From Dehalococcoidia bacterium (GTDB taxonomy: Bacteria; Chloroflexota; Dehalococcoidia; Lucifugimonadales; UBA3495): a DNA stretch of 64,000 nt. The stretch lies in assembly GCA_030740155.1 (NCBI GenBank), contig JASLXV010000067.1:70144-134143 (forward strand), written 5' to 3'. Shown here piece by piece: positions 31,401-44,035 of the stretch. The translations under genes were made by a program, and so were the position numbers. Below the pieces are notes generated by a model, which was not told where the DNA came from, did not search any database, and saw only the letters and a list, made by a program, of their open reading frames with translations. How positions within the stretch are numbered: position 1 is the first letter of the stretch; each line of letters begins with the position of its first letter.

Positions 31401-31875
31401 CAATATCTATCTTGCCGTCTTCCGCCAGCTGCATGATGGCGGCTGAGGTGAACAGCTTCGAGATAGAGGCGACTCCGTAAACCGTCTGGGGAGTCGCCTT
31501 GACGCCGCCTTCCTTGTCGGCGTAGCCGAATCCCTCGGACCATACGATTTCCTGATCGTCGACGAGAGCCACGCTGAGCCCGGTGATTCCAGATTCTTCC
31601 TGGACACTCTGGACAAGCTGAGAGAGGCCTCCGGTGATCGAGGAGTAGTCCGGCGACGCTGTTGGCGGAGGAGTGGGTGTTGCCGCCGGTGTCGCTGCCG
31701 GTGTTGGCGGCGGCGGTGTGGGAGTAGCCACCGGCGCGATGGTCGGCGCCGTGGTGGGTGTGGGGGCGGGAGTTGAGGTCGGGTCTCCGCCGCCGCAGGC
31801 CAGGGTCACCAAGAGGACCGAGGCCAGTAATACCGCTATCAATCCTCTGACCGGTTTCTTCGCGCTCGTGATCAT
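28432..31875 (-). CDS. Lipoprotein serine hydrolase with two class C beta-lactamase/PBP-like domains
   Basis: TLAC lipobox and PT linker; SISK/YSN/HAG and SVSK/YVN/HDG triads. Confidence 0.92.
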   Translation of the reverse strand: MITSAKKPVRGLIAVLLASVLLVTLACGGGDPTSTPAPTPTTAPTIAPVATPTPPPPTPAATPAATPTPPPTASPDYSSITGGLSQLVQSVQEESGITGLSVALVDDQEIVWSEGFGYADKEGGVKATPQTVYGVASISKLFTSAAIMQLAEDGKIDIDRPLQTCLPGFSINSRFTSSGPITPRNVMTHHSGLPSDLLNGMFAHGDDKEALTSSGFDNLVQQFSTAYVATPPNTVFSYSNLGYSLLGHTVEQVTGQDFSEYVDQAILQPMGMDSSSFKLTSDMKVLRSKEYLKGEEQEYVWGRDIPAGSLHTTAADLSRFMMMIFGDGEVDGQQILKTETLAEMLRPQNSDVPLDSSVLWGLSWWLLPLPGLENAGDTAWHAGGEGMWNSLLVTLPENKLGVVVLSNSGEAATANFQIATTILQQALELKTGIERPMPEAPDIVSLSADESLSYVGVYTTDLGRMDIRVDGNGLVADIFGQSFALLPRGEGRFSIEGLDWSDAQMTIQTVNGRTALKFYGFALGGLGFGERIEPATVSESWMDRVGAYEITNGKPGFFTFLTNVKLEYDNELLSLDVTLSETGDQVVLPIGPISDDEAVILGLGQRIRGETVSVVDVDGEEHLLFSGYLMRKLAAEPGNVYRDPEGRFSITLAGDWTRVETDGTYVQLAYAGLPINLSLVTVEADAVEASVDAAVRQVGVDPAALTETGRSSWDRWDIISYALGDGQGFTVLGQTRDGTSYYFVATGPEDLVANPPEDTLMTIQGFSLSGEVALPATVEEFETYVNSFVGTRPPGLSIAIALGEDVIYEKGFGLADGPRGIPATPDTVYHWASVSKTATATAIMQLREQGLIDLDVPVSDYLDYFPTQYPAPITVRHMLTHSTGLPEPSDFLLVNLRLQGQPLPDFDSVDREYYDGVPSLMFDTGSESAYVNPDYVTLGQIIAAVSRQPYVEYVKEHILNPLGMTNTDFTFSNDFMDANVAGAAVPVAEAEALIPLLDEARGLEDGADFFGETDESHTWMNPYIVGESAGGGLMGPPTDMIRYAQMMLDEGELDGVRVLAAESVTLLQQVQNSTSGGPLPIGLSWHFGEDAGHPYLEHDGGGAGIQTKLRLYMEDGFAVAIMANGSGFDRDELADAAANVIITMLGG

Positions 31876-32240
31876 GAACTTTCCTCCATTTGACCCGGTT
31901 TCGCGCTTTCGTTTCCGCGCCATTCCCTGGTCCATACCTCATGGCTTGCTACTCTTCCAGATGATAGCCCGAACCCGGTGCGGAGTAATCGCTAGAAGGG
32001 GTGATTGTTTCCTAGAAAATACAAACGACCCGGCCATCGGCCTTTCTACCTAAGGGGACCTAGCACTTTGGACCATATGGAGCGCGATTGCACTCCGGGT
32101 CCAGCGACAGGTGGATTGAGCCGGCCGGCTCTAACGTCACGGACCCGAGGCCGCGGTTTGGCGCAAGGTAAGGCGATAGATAACGCCCGTCGGGGGCAAA
32201 CGCGTGTCGCGTCAAGTTCGAGGAGCGATGGGAAAAAGAG

Positions 32241-32700
32241 GAGAGCCACGCAGACCTGTAAGCCGGGTTCTGTAACCCGCGGCGCCGCGCCGCAGAGCGG
32301 CGGGACCGCGGACGGTGACCATCTATCTAGCCCGCCCAAGGCCACGTGGGCCATTGGACACCCGCGCAGTGCGGGACGATGTTACCATCGGGGTCGAGCA
32401 GCCAACCCGGGGACGGGCCGGGCACCCATAGTCCCCCTATTCGGCCTTGCTCCAGGTGGGGTTTGGCCGTCGCTGTGTCACCACAGACGACCGGACGCTC
32501 TTACCGTCCGATTTCACCCTTATCCTTCCGATGCCGGAAGGACGGTATGTTTCTGTGCCACTTTCCGTCTCCCACGGCGGCGAGGCCGCCGCGGAAGCCT
32601 GGGCGTTACCCAGCACCCTGCCCAGCGGAGCCCGGACTTTCCTCCCCGGCGTCCCAACTGGTTGGGCCGCCGGGGCGGTCACCCGGTCTACCTGGCTCTC
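32241..32700 (-). ncRNA. rnpB: RNase P RNA (type A-like, expanded, ~460 nt)
   Basis: GAGGAAAGTCCGGGCTCC, ACAGAAA, GGGTGAAA, AAACCCC, GAGCAAG, ACAGAACCCGGCTTA; P1 GAGAGCCA/TGGCTCTC. Confidence 0.97.
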
Positions 32701-32707
32701 CACAAGA

Positions 32708-32736
32708 ACTCTAGCATAGCCTCATGAAAGGTTCAA
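32708..32736 (-). promoter_or_regulatory. Sigma70-type promoter of rnpB
   Basis: TTGAAC-N17-TAGAGT with extended TG, 7 nt before P1. Confidence 0.6.
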
Positions 32737-33035
32737 CTTGGCGCGGGCGTGGCGGGCTCTTTTGGCTCTCTTTGACGAAGGCCGGTTGGAGGTGGGTTCG
32801 CCCGTGGCGGGCGCTTGGCCTCCGAACCTACCGGGGGGTCGGGGATTAAGATGCCCACCGCCCATAGTTTCCGAATGAGACCCGATACCTGAAGATCTAC
32901 GCTCTGCCCGGTGGGCGGGTTTGGAAAGTAACATCCGGCTTGAGAGGCCGCCGGGTATCTGCAGCGGGGCCGGTGAGGATTCGGTGAGGGTTCTATGAAG
33001 CTGAGGAACGGGGGAGGGTTCCCCTTATCGAGGTG

Positions 33036-33737
33036 CTAGCCGGGGAGAAGCATCCGCCCACAGTTGTTGCACAATACGACTTCGCGGCCGGATTTCACCC
33101 GCTGCTGCTGGTGGGTCGGCAAAGACATCCGGCACGCCTGGCACAAACCCCTTTCCATCTTGGCTACCGCCAGGCCTGCCTTGGCCCGGCGCAGATTCTC
33201 GTACTGCCCAATTTCCGCCGCTTCCAGCGTGGCGGCCAGGCTCTCCCTCTTGGCTGCCATCTCTTCGTGTTCCGCATTCAGGCGCGCGGTTTGCTTCTTC
33301 AACTCCGCCTGCCGGGTTTGCCAGGCGCTCCGGGCTTCGGCAAGCTGCTGCGTCAGGGTGGTGTGGTTGGTTTGGGACACCTCGGCTTGCTCCGAAAGTT
33401 CCAGCAACTCGGTGGCCTGCCGCTGCACCAGTTCCCGGGCGCGGGAAGCTTCTTGCTCCAGGCTCTCCAGGTCCCGAGGGTTGGCGACGTCCCCGCCGTA
33501 GAGCTGCTCGTCCAGGTGGGCGGACCGCTCCCGGCCGCTCACCGCCTCCTCTTGATGGAGCCGGTGCTGGCTCTGCAGCTCTTGGAGCCGCTCGGTTTCT
33601 TCTTGTAGCCCCGCTTCCAATTCGTCCACCGCGATGCCGGTGCTGAGTTCCTGCTCGGCCGTTTCCGTCTCTTCCCGTAGGCGGTCCAGCACCAGATCCA
33701 TTCCCTGCAAGATGTACAATTGCCTGACGTTTGTCAT
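33036..33737 (-). CDS. Coiled-coil C4 zinc-ribbon protein (CT398/DUF164-like)
   Basis: Long coiled coil, CQAC...CNNCGRML. Confidence 0.92.
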   Translation of the reverse strand: MTNVRQLYILQGMDLVLDRLREETETAEQELSTGIAVDELEAGLQEETERLQELQSQHRLHQEEAVSGRERSAHLDEQLYGGDVANPRDLESLEQEASRARELVQRQATELLELSEQAEVSQTNHTTLTQQLAEARSAWQTRQAELKKQTARLNAEHEEMAAKRESLAATLEAAEIGQYENLRRAKAGLAVAKMERGLCQACRMSLPTHQQQRVKSGREVVLCNNCGRMLLPG

Positions 33738-33999
33738 ATTGGCGTATCTACGGGTCCTTCTTGGATATCATGGGGCGGTCCGTTGCTCTCCCCTGATTCT
33801 AGGAACCGCGACGGCGATTGTCAACGTTGCGGCAAGGACCACGCCTGAGTCACCCTCCAAGGAACGCATATTTCGTAACGCTTCGACCGGCCGAGGGCAT
33901 CAGGTATAGTATGGGAGCCGATGGGCTGCGCGATACCAGGCTCAGCCCATCAAAGGTTCGCCGGTTCGGAACCCGGCCCTCGGCGAGCAGGAGTACCTC

Positions 34000-35256
34000 A
34001 TGCACATTCTGCACTTCTCCGACTTGCACATAGGGGTGGAGAACTACGGCCATATTGACCCGGAGACCGGGCTCTCCACCAGGCTGGGGGACTTTCTGGC
34101 CTCTCTGGACCAGGTGGTGGACTACGCATTGAACCGCGACGTCGATCTGGTGCTGCTGGCCGGAGACGCCTACAAGGGTCGAGACCCTTCTCAAACCCAC
34201 CAGCGGGAGTTCGCCAAGCGCCTGGCGCGGCTGTCCGGGGCGGGTATCCCGTCCTTCCTGCTGGTGGGCAACCACGACCTCCCCAACGCCGTGAGCCGGG
34301 CGACGGCGGTGGAGATTTTCTCCACGTTGCGGGTGCCCCACATTTACATCGGCGCCAACCTGCAAACCTACCTGGTCCCCACCCGTGCCGGCCCGATCCA
34401 GATCGTGGCAGTACCCTGGCCGCGGCGCAGCACGATGGTAAGCCAGGAAGAGTCAAGAGGGCTTTCCATTGGGGAAGTCCGCGAGGAGATCCAACGGCGG
34501 ATGACCGAGGCCATCGAGAGCCGGGTCCAGATGTTGGACCCGGAGGTGCCGGCCATTATCGCCGGCCACGTTACCGTCAACGGGGCCACCCTGGGCACCG
34601 AACGCTCCATGATGCTGGGCCAGGACCATGTGCTGCTGGCCAGCGCCCTGGACTGGCGCCAGGTAGACTACGTCGCCCTGGGCCACATTCACAAGCATCA
34701 GGTGCTCCGGGCGGGCCCGCCGATGGTCGTGTATTCCGGCAGCTTGCAACGGGTGGACTTCAGCGAGGAGGGAGACGAAAAAGGCTTCTGTGTGGTGGAG
34801 TTGGACCCGGCGGCCGCCCAAGGGCAGCGGCTGGTTGATTTCAAGTTCGAACGCGTGGAGGCCCGGGCCTTCGTGACGGTGGACGTTACGGTGGCCTCCG
34901 GAAGCTCGGATCTCCCGGACCCCACCGAAGCGGTGCTGCGCGCCATTGCCCGGAAGGACGTGGCCGGCGCGGTGGTGCGGGTGCGGGTGACCCTGCCCCC
35001 GGAGCTGGAACCCCAATTTCGGGAAGCGGACGTGCGCCAGGCGCTCCAGTCAGCCCACTACGTTGCCGCCATCAGCCGGGAATCGGCCGAGGGCAGGCGC
35101 CGGACCCGGCTGGAAGCGGAAACGGCCGAAGGTCTGCAGCCCATCCAGGTCCTGCGGCTCTATTTGGAAGGCCGGGGCATCGAGTCCAAGCGGCAGGAAC
35201 AGATCATCCGCCGCGCGGAGGAACTGGTGGAGTGGGAGTCATCCGGGCCTGAATGA
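34000..35256 (+). CDS. sbcD: SbcD/Mre11 nuclease subunit
   Basis: SDLH, AGD, GNHD, GH, ALGHIH, YSGS...FSE. Confidence 0.92.
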   Translation: MHILHFSDLHIGVENYGHIDPETGLSTRLGDFLASLDQVVDYALNRDVDLVLLAGDAYKGRDPSQTHQREFAKRLARLSGAGIPSFLLVGNHDLPNAVSRATAVEIFSTLRVPHIYIGANLQTYLVPTRAGPIQIVAVPWPRRSTMVSQEESRGLSIGEVREEIQRRMTEAIESRVQMLDPEVPAIIAGHVTVNGATLGTERSMMLGQDHVLLASALDWRQVDYVALGHIHKHQVLRAGPPMVVYSGSLQRVDFSEEGDEKGFCVVELDPAAAQGQRLVDFKFERVEARAFVTVDVTVASGSSDLPDPTEAVLRAIARKDVAGAVVRVRVTLPPELEPQFREADVRQALQSAHYVAAISRESAEGRRRTRLEAETAEGLQPIQVLRLYLEGRGIESKRQEQIIRRAEELVEWESSGPE

Positions 35257-35518
35257 GGCTTGAATGCTCTGCCAGATTCGCTTTAATATCTGGCCCGCCA
35301 CAAAGTGTCGCCGGGAGAACGAAAAAGGGAGAGTTATGTTGCCCCACCCATGGCGGGGCAACACAAGAGCATCTCAATTCTGGTCAGGACCGGCACTGTT
35401 CGTGTTCGGCGCCATTTTATGGGCGATGGCCCTCGTCAGACTCGTTGCGTACACGTACTCGAAGGATCGCCCATGCCCCGGGTGCGGAGAGCTTTCGTTG
35501 GAGAGACCCCGGCCGGGA

Positions 35519-36481
35519 TCAGGTCAAGCGCCGGGTGAGGGCCTGGCTTCCCTCCAGCAGTTCTCTGAAAACTTCCTTGACGTTGGTGACCTCCGAGATG
35601 AGGCCGGCGCCGGCGCCGGTGTAGGCAACCCCGGCTTCCAGGTCGCCATCGACCATCGCCGCCCGGGCTTGTGCCATGCCCAATTCGGCCTCCCAGGCGT
35701 TGAAATCGTTGCCCGGGCCGGTAAGGCCGCTCTCTTTCAAGCGCAGGGCGATACCGTTGCGCAGGACCCGGGTGGGCCAGCGGTCGCCGCCAACGATCAC
35801 GGTGCCACTGTCGATCGCCGCCACGATGGCTTCTTTGTAGTTTTGATGGGAAGTGCACTCTCGGGTGGTCACGAAACGGGAGCCCATCTGAATCCCCTGG
35901 GCCCCAAGGGCCAGGGCGGCCACGTACCCCCGGGAGTCGACTATGCCGCCCGATGCGATAACCGGTATCGAGACCGACCCCACAACCTGGGGCACCAACA
36001 CCATGGTTGAGACCTTGTCAGCCCCCCGCAGGCCTCCCCCCTCGAACCCCTCCGCGATGATGACATCCACCCCCTGAGCCTCGGCGCCGCGGGCGTGACG
36101 GACCGTGGCCACCTGATGCATCACGGTGACGTCATGCTCCTTGAGGGTGCCGGTGCACAGGGCCGGGCTGCCGCCATAGGTGATAGCGATGCGCATGCCC
36201 TCTTGAACGGCCACCTGGATCAGCTCGGATATCCGGGGATGGGGCAGATACAGCGCGATTCCGAAGGGTTCACGGGTCAACCGCTGGATCTGGCGGATAT
36301 TCGCTTGCAAGTTGGCTACCTGGTCGCCACCGGGCTCCGACCCGGCTGTTGGGTGCAGTACGCCCAGCCCGCCCGCATCTGAGACCGCGGCAACCAATTC
36401 CGGATTGGAAACCCACGGCAATCCCGCTTGCAATACGGGATGTTCGATGCTGAGGATTTGGCAAACCCTGCTCCGCTTCAT
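35519..36481 (-). CDS. Nitronate monooxygenase / FabK-like FMN oxidoreductase
   Basis: AVSDAGGLG, EGFEGGG, PVIASGGI.D, QMGSRF. Confidence 0.88.
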   Translation of the reverse strand: MKRSRVCQILSIEHPVLQAGLPWVSNPELVAAVSDAGGLGVLHPTAGSEPGGDQVANLQANIRQIQRLTREPFGIALYLPHPRISELIQVAVQEGMRIAITYGGSPALCTGTLKEHDVTVMHQVATVRHARGAEAQGVDVIIAEGFEGGGLRGADKVSTMVLVPQVVGSVSIPVIASGGIVDSRGYVAALALGAQGIQMGSRFVTTRECTSHQNYKEAIVAAIDSGTVIVGGDRWPTRVLRNGIALRLKESGLTGPGNDFNAWEAELGMAQARAAMVDGDLEAGVAYTGAGAGLISEVTNVKEVFRELLEGSQALTRRLT

Positions 36482-36504
36482 ATCACCTCTTCCGACTCGC
36501 TGGC

Positions 36505-36617
36505 CTTGCCGCAAAAGCAACCTGGAATATGTCACCCCGATTAGAGCGAGGAGTTTGGGGTTATGGGTGCGGGCTACGATGGAGGAATCCCGCACCAGAT
36601 TCCTCGTCGCTTCGCTC
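36505..36617. repeat. Truncated copy of the 10010-10148 element
   Basis: Direct sequence similarity. Confidence 0.75.
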
Positions 36618-36888
36618 ATCGGTTGACAGTTTCAAGGCAAAGCCCGGCACGCTGGCTCTGGGCCGAAGTGTGACCGATTTTACGGCGGGGTTCGACCGCT
36701 GTCAACCGGCAAAAAGTCCCCGCCTGCGGAGGCCTCGTTTGGACGGTTTTGTTCCGCGGTGACATCCATCCGGACCGGTCGCCTAGGCGGAAAAGCCCGA
36801 GATTCAGATCGGGCAGGGATGAATCGGTGATGTTGCCTTGTAGTAGAGTTCCTATCCCACTATAATTCATGGTGTGCCTAATATATCG

Positions 36889-38015
36889 ATGAAACTCCTC
36901 CTTATTGGGTTCAGTGTCCTGCTGCTGGCGGCCTGTGGCGGTGCGGCGGCAACGGCAACCACGGTTCCACCTCCAACGGCGACGCCTACCCCACCCTCGC
37001 GTCCACTGCGACCCCCGCGCCCACGCCGGCGCCCACCAACACCCCGGTTCCGCCGCCCACCGAAACGCCTACCCTGACCGACTCGGTGCCGGTGGAATTT
37101 GCCGACCTGGCCGCCTGCTTGGAAGATCGGCTGGGCTCCGTCGTGGCACGGGAGCTGGTTTCGGGATCGAGGAGGGAGACGGCTGAGGAAGAGGCGGTGC
37201 TGGTGGACTGTCTCGCCGCAGTCACCGCGGGCATCGAGGCGGAGGCCATCACCGCGCCCGTCGTTTCCTGTCTGGAAGAGGGACTGGGCGCCGGGGTGGT
37301 CGAGGCTGTCGGCGCGGGAGCCAGGGTGTTGGACGCGGACGAGGAGGCGATCCTGGTGGAATGCCTGCTGGTGTCGGCTCTGGATTCCCAATGGGAAGAG
37401 ATCGTCGTCACCACCGAGTCATGTTTGGAAGAACGCCTGGGTCTCGATTTGGCCGCGGTGGTCGCCTCCGGGGCGGTGCACTTGAATGAGGCGGAAGAGC
37501 AGGCGCTGGGGGACTGTCTCTTGGTGGCTGCTTTGGACACCTCCGATGAAACCGCCAGTGATAGTCTCATCGACTGCCTGGCTGAAGGGTTAGGGGCCGA
37601 TATTGCCGCGTTGGTCGCCTCCGGAGCGGTGCCGTTGACCGAGGCGCAGCAGGCGTTAATGGGGGAGTGCCTTTTGGGTTCGGCCCTGAGTCCCTCTACG
37701 GAGACCGGTACCCAGAGCTTGACCGCCTGTCTGGAAGAGCGGCTGGGAGCCGATATCGCCGCGGTGGTTGCCTCGGGAGCGATACCATTGACCGAAGCCG
37801 AGGAAGCGGTGATGGGGGAGTGCCTTTTGGGATCGGCCTTTGATGACGATACTTCGTCGGATACTGTTTCGGACGGTGTGCTTGCCTGTTTGGAGAAAGA
37901 GTTGGGGACCGACATAGCTGCCGTAGTTGCTTCCGGAGCTATACCCCTGACCGATTCAGAGCAGGGGGTGATGGGCGACTGCCTGCTCGCTGAGGCTCTG
38001 GGCGGCTCGCCATGA
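36889..38015 (+). pseudogene. Lipoprotein with six C-x30-C helical repeats; -1 frameshift at CCCC 36989-36992
   Basis: MKLLLIGFSVLLLAAC lipobox in one frame; PT linker and repeats continue in another; adding one C restores TPTPTLASTATPAP. Confidence 0.8.
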
Positions 38016-38120
38016 CGCCTTGGCGCAACCATTCTCGGAGCGGACGAGCCGGCAGGGGCTCCGGCACCGCCTGATCCGCCGGTGACCGGCCGCGCCGGCC
38101 CCGGCTAATCCAATTCCGTC

Positions 38121-40548
<2,428 letters not shown>

Positions 40549-40879
40549 GAGGTGCCATCTTCCGGTCTTCATCTTGCCCCCCTTGCTGTCTGTCGCCGGG
40601 GTTCGTGATGCCTCGCTTCCAGACGGTCACGATACTATTTGCATGGTACGCCCGGCCTGGAAGTACCTTCCGTGATCCGGGTCACATTCTGTGCGTGAGA
40701 TTGGCTGCGTTTTACCCTACTCTATCTTAGAATGGCGAGACCTTAACTTAAACGGTGCCGCCAAGTTCGAATCCCCGGTCTGCCCACACCTTGTGTAACC
40801 GGGCATATAGGTGAGGGCTAGAGTGGGCTCCCTAGCAAGGAGCATTTCATCGGCTATAGTATACGCCGTTCCCTCCCCA

Positions 40880-40958
40880 CGATCGTCTTTCCGGCGCAAA
40901 CACGTATCCCGAGAAGCATCGACTGGATCGCAGCCTTCGCCGGAATGACGGATCGGGT
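40880..40958. repeat. Copy of the 1675 palindromic element
   Basis: CGATCGTCTTTCCGGCG...CTGGATC..GCCTTCGCCGGAATGACG. Confidence 0.8.
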
Positions 40959-41203
40959 GTGAAGCCACCTGCGGGACGGTACGGTAGGAGCGCCCGGGCG
41001 AGGCTTGACGCTGGGGATGGCAGGCTGTAGGCTGCCTTTACCCTGCGCCCGGTTTAGGCAGGGGCACCGGGCCTGTGACGGTCTTCAGTCGTGTTCTCCG
41101 CCGCGCCTGCGAATAGAATGCTACAGAGCCCCTTAGGCAGAGTGAAACCGGCTACAATGCCACCGGGTTTCTGCATCTCGGCGGCCAAACAGGAGCAAGG
41201 CAA

Positions 41204-42298
41204 ATGAAAGCAGCGGTGTTGTACGAAAAGCAGAAGCCCCTGATTGTCGAAGAGCTGACCCTGGAGGGGCCCCACCAACGGGAAGTACTCGTGAAGCTGG
41301 CCGCCAGCGGGGTGTGCCACAGCGACCTGCACTATATCAAAGGAGACCGGCCGCACCTCGTGCCGACGGTTCTGGGCCACGAAGGAGCGGGCACGGTCGA
41401 GGAGGTCGGACCCGGCGTCACCTACGCTAAGCCGGGCGACCACGTGGTGCTCTCGTTCGTTCCCACCTGTGGCCGGTGCTCCTATTGTCTTGATGGCAGG
41501 CATAACCTGTGCAACGCCCGGGGTGAACTTCGGGGAGGAACTTTGCTGGACGGAACCGGCAGACTGCGCCTGGGGCAGCAGGAGATCTACCACCACAACG
41601 GCCTGTCCACTTTCGCGGAGTATGCCGTGGTTCCTGAAGACAACCTGGTGCTGGTGCGCGATGACGCGCCGCTGGACAAGCTGGTCCTCATCGGCTGCGG
41701 CGTGTCGACAGGCGTGGGCGCGGCTATCCACACGGCCAAGGTCCGGCCGGGAAGCAAGGTGGTGGTAATCGGCGCCGGAGGGGTCGGCCTCAACGTGATC
41801 CAGGGGGCGGCATTGGCCGGCGCGGAGATGATCATCGCCGTGGACATCCACGGCCCAAAGCTGGAACTCTCCCTGGAGTTCGGCGCCACCCATCTCATCA
41901 ATGCCGCCACCGACGACGTGACGGACCGGGTCCGCGATATCACCAACGGCGAGATGGTGGACTACGCCTTCGAGGTGATCGGAACTGCCGGGACGGTCGG
42001 CCAGGCCCTGCACTCCACCCGAAAGGGGGGAGTGACGGTGGTCGTTGGGAATCCCCCCTCCGGGACCCAGTTCACCGTGGACCCGGACTTTCTGCACATG
42101 GACCGGGTGCTCATGGGCTGCACCTACGGGTCGTGCTACCCCCGGGCCGACATCCCCAGGTTCGTTGACTTGTACCTGGCCGGCAAGCTGAAACTGGACG
42201 AGCTTATATCCCGCACCTTCACTTTGGAGGAGATCAACACCGCCTTCGATCTTCTGGACCGGGGCGAGGTGGCCCGCAGCATCATCCGGTACGGGTAG
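41204..42298 (+). CDS. Zn-dependent alcohol dehydrogenase (class III/AdhC-like MDR)
   Basis: CHSD, GHEGAG, CGRCSYC...C, GCGV.TG, GAGGVG. Confidence 0.95.
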   Translation: MKAAVLYEKQKPLIVEELTLEGPHQREVLVKLAASGVCHSDLHYIKGDRPHLVPTVLGHEGAGTVEEVGPGVTYAKPGDHVVLSFVPTCGRCSYCLDGRHNLCNARGELRGGTLLDGTGRLRLGQQEIYHHNGLSTFAEYAVVPEDNLVLVRDDAPLDKLVLIGCGVSTGVGAAIHTAKVRPGSKVVVIGAGGVGLNVIQGAALAGAEMIIAVDIHGPKLELSLEFGATHLINAATDDVTDRVRDITNGEMVDYAFEVIGTAGTVGQALHSTRKGGVTVVVGNPPSGTQFTVDPDFLHMDRVLMGCTYGSCYPRADIPRFVDLYLAGKLKLDELISRTFTLEEINTAFDLLDRGEVARSIIRYG

Positions 42299-42490
42299 GC
42301 GGGACCTGGGTGTTGCGCTCCTTTCGATGCGCCTGATCCCTGAGAAAGCCGGAACAATACTCCTAGGAGGGTAGTTGCCTGCGGGTCCGAACCACGGCTT
42401 ACTCGGGCGTCGCCAGTTGGGCGTGAGGGCTTTCGCCCAGAAGAGCGCATCCCGCCGCCCATCAGGCACCCGGTAGCTGTGAAGACGACA

Positions 42491-42519
42491 TTGACACCAA
42501 GTAGGCTATTGATTAGACT
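42491..42519 (+). promoter_or_regulatory. Sigma70-type promoter
   Basis: TTGACA-N17-TAGACT. Confidence 0.65.
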
Positions 42520-42591
42520 CCGCGTTATCGACGGTGTGGACTAATCCAGGTGGTCCCAAGTGAGAACGAAGAATACGGGAAAGGTGTTTTG

Positions 42592-44033
42592 ATGCTTTCC
42601 TGCGCACGCGCATCGGTGGCCCCTGGCGTCGTGGCCGGGCTGCTAACTTTGGGAGTTTTGGCCCTTTGGTGGGCCCACGTTTCACCCGCTTCCGCCCAGA
42701 GCCCGCCGATCTAGGAGATCCGAGAGTGCATCATCAAGGTCTTGGGGCACTTGCCGGCAAACCTCCAGGAGTTGACGAACGAGCAGCGAAGGGCTGTTGA
42801 GCGAGACTGTCCGAGGGCAAGGGGCCGCCTGGGCGAGGTGCTCCGGGGACCGCTGCCGCCGGGGGATCAACTGCAACCCCAGCGCGACGGACAGCAGCCG
42901 CGCCCGGTGGCTGACGGCGCGTCCGATGAGGAGTTGCTGGAGTGCGTCCGAAAGGTCTTAGGGAAATTGCCCGCAAATCTCGCTGAGGTGACGGAAGAGC
43001 AACGGAGGCTCGTTGTTCGTTCCTGCCCGGAAATTAGGGAGCGGCTGGCGGAGGTGCTCAGAAAGCAGCCGCTTCGCCCCACGGACCAGCAGCAGCCTTC
43101 GCTCATCGATAAGCAGCCTGCCCCGGTGGCCGACGGTGCATCCGGTGTATCCGATGAAACATTGAAGGAGTGCATCCGAAAGGCATTGGGGAAATTGCCC
43201 GCAAACCTTGGTGAGGTTACGGAGGAGCAGAGGAGGCTGATCGTCCGTTCCTGCCCGGAGGTGAGGGAACGCCTGGAGGAGGTGCTTGGGAAGCAGCAGC
43301 AGCTCCCCACGGACCAGCAGGAACAACCTCAGCCCAGCGATCAGCAGCCGGCCCCGGTGGCGGCCGACGTGTCAAAGCAGGCGTTACGGGAGTGCATCCG
43401 GAAGGCCTTAGGGTATTTGCCTGAAGGCACCCAAGAGATGACGAACGGCCAGCGGAGGATAGCCGAACAAGCGTACCCGGAAGTGCGGGGACGCCTGGGC
43501 GAATTGCTGGTGCCTCGGACGGATGCCGCGACTCAGCAATGTATTCAAAACATCCTACGGCGGGTGCCGGGGAGGGCGGAGGAGGTGAACGACCAGGAGC
43601 GGAGACAGATTCAGGAGTCTTGCTTCTCCGAGGTATCCGGTGTGCCGGGGCAGCCCGTGGTCGCGGGACAACCGCCTCTTGATGGTCAGGGCGCGGCCGG
43701 CGCGGGTGGTGGCTTGGCCGCCGACGCCTTCCAGCAGTTGTTGGAGCAACAACTGGCCTTGATGCAAGAGCAGCAGCGCTTGAGCAGGTCCGCCTCGACC
43801 AGGAGCAGGAGCGCTTGGAGCGGGAGAGTCAGGAGCAGACTACGGCAGAGGGGGAGGACCAACCGGCCGACGGCCAACCGAACGATGAGGGACCCCGCCG
43901 GGGCTTCTTCACCAACTCCGCCGCCGGCGAGGCCAACGCCGTTGGCAAGATCATGGATCCGAGCACTCTGGCGGTTCTCGGTATCCTGCTCACCCTCGTC
44001 GCGACAAGCCTATCTCTGCTGAAGGGGAACTAG
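42592..44033 (+). pseudogene. Exported protein with five C-x26-C repeats and a C-terminal TM anchor; in-frame TAG at 42712-42714 and -1 frameshift at ~43781
   Basis: Signal peptide ...LALWWAHVSPASA|QSPPI*EIRECIIKVLG in frame with ORF 42742; tail EQVRLDQEQER...LLKGN in the shifted frame. Confidence 0.85.
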
Positions 44034-44035
44034 AG

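Noticed and set aside
32005..32727. ORFs of 88-240 aa over this interval
   Set aside because: Shadow ORFs of the RNase P RNA gene.
33740..33999. LexA box upstream of sbcD
   Set aside because: No convincing GAAC-N4-GTTC match.
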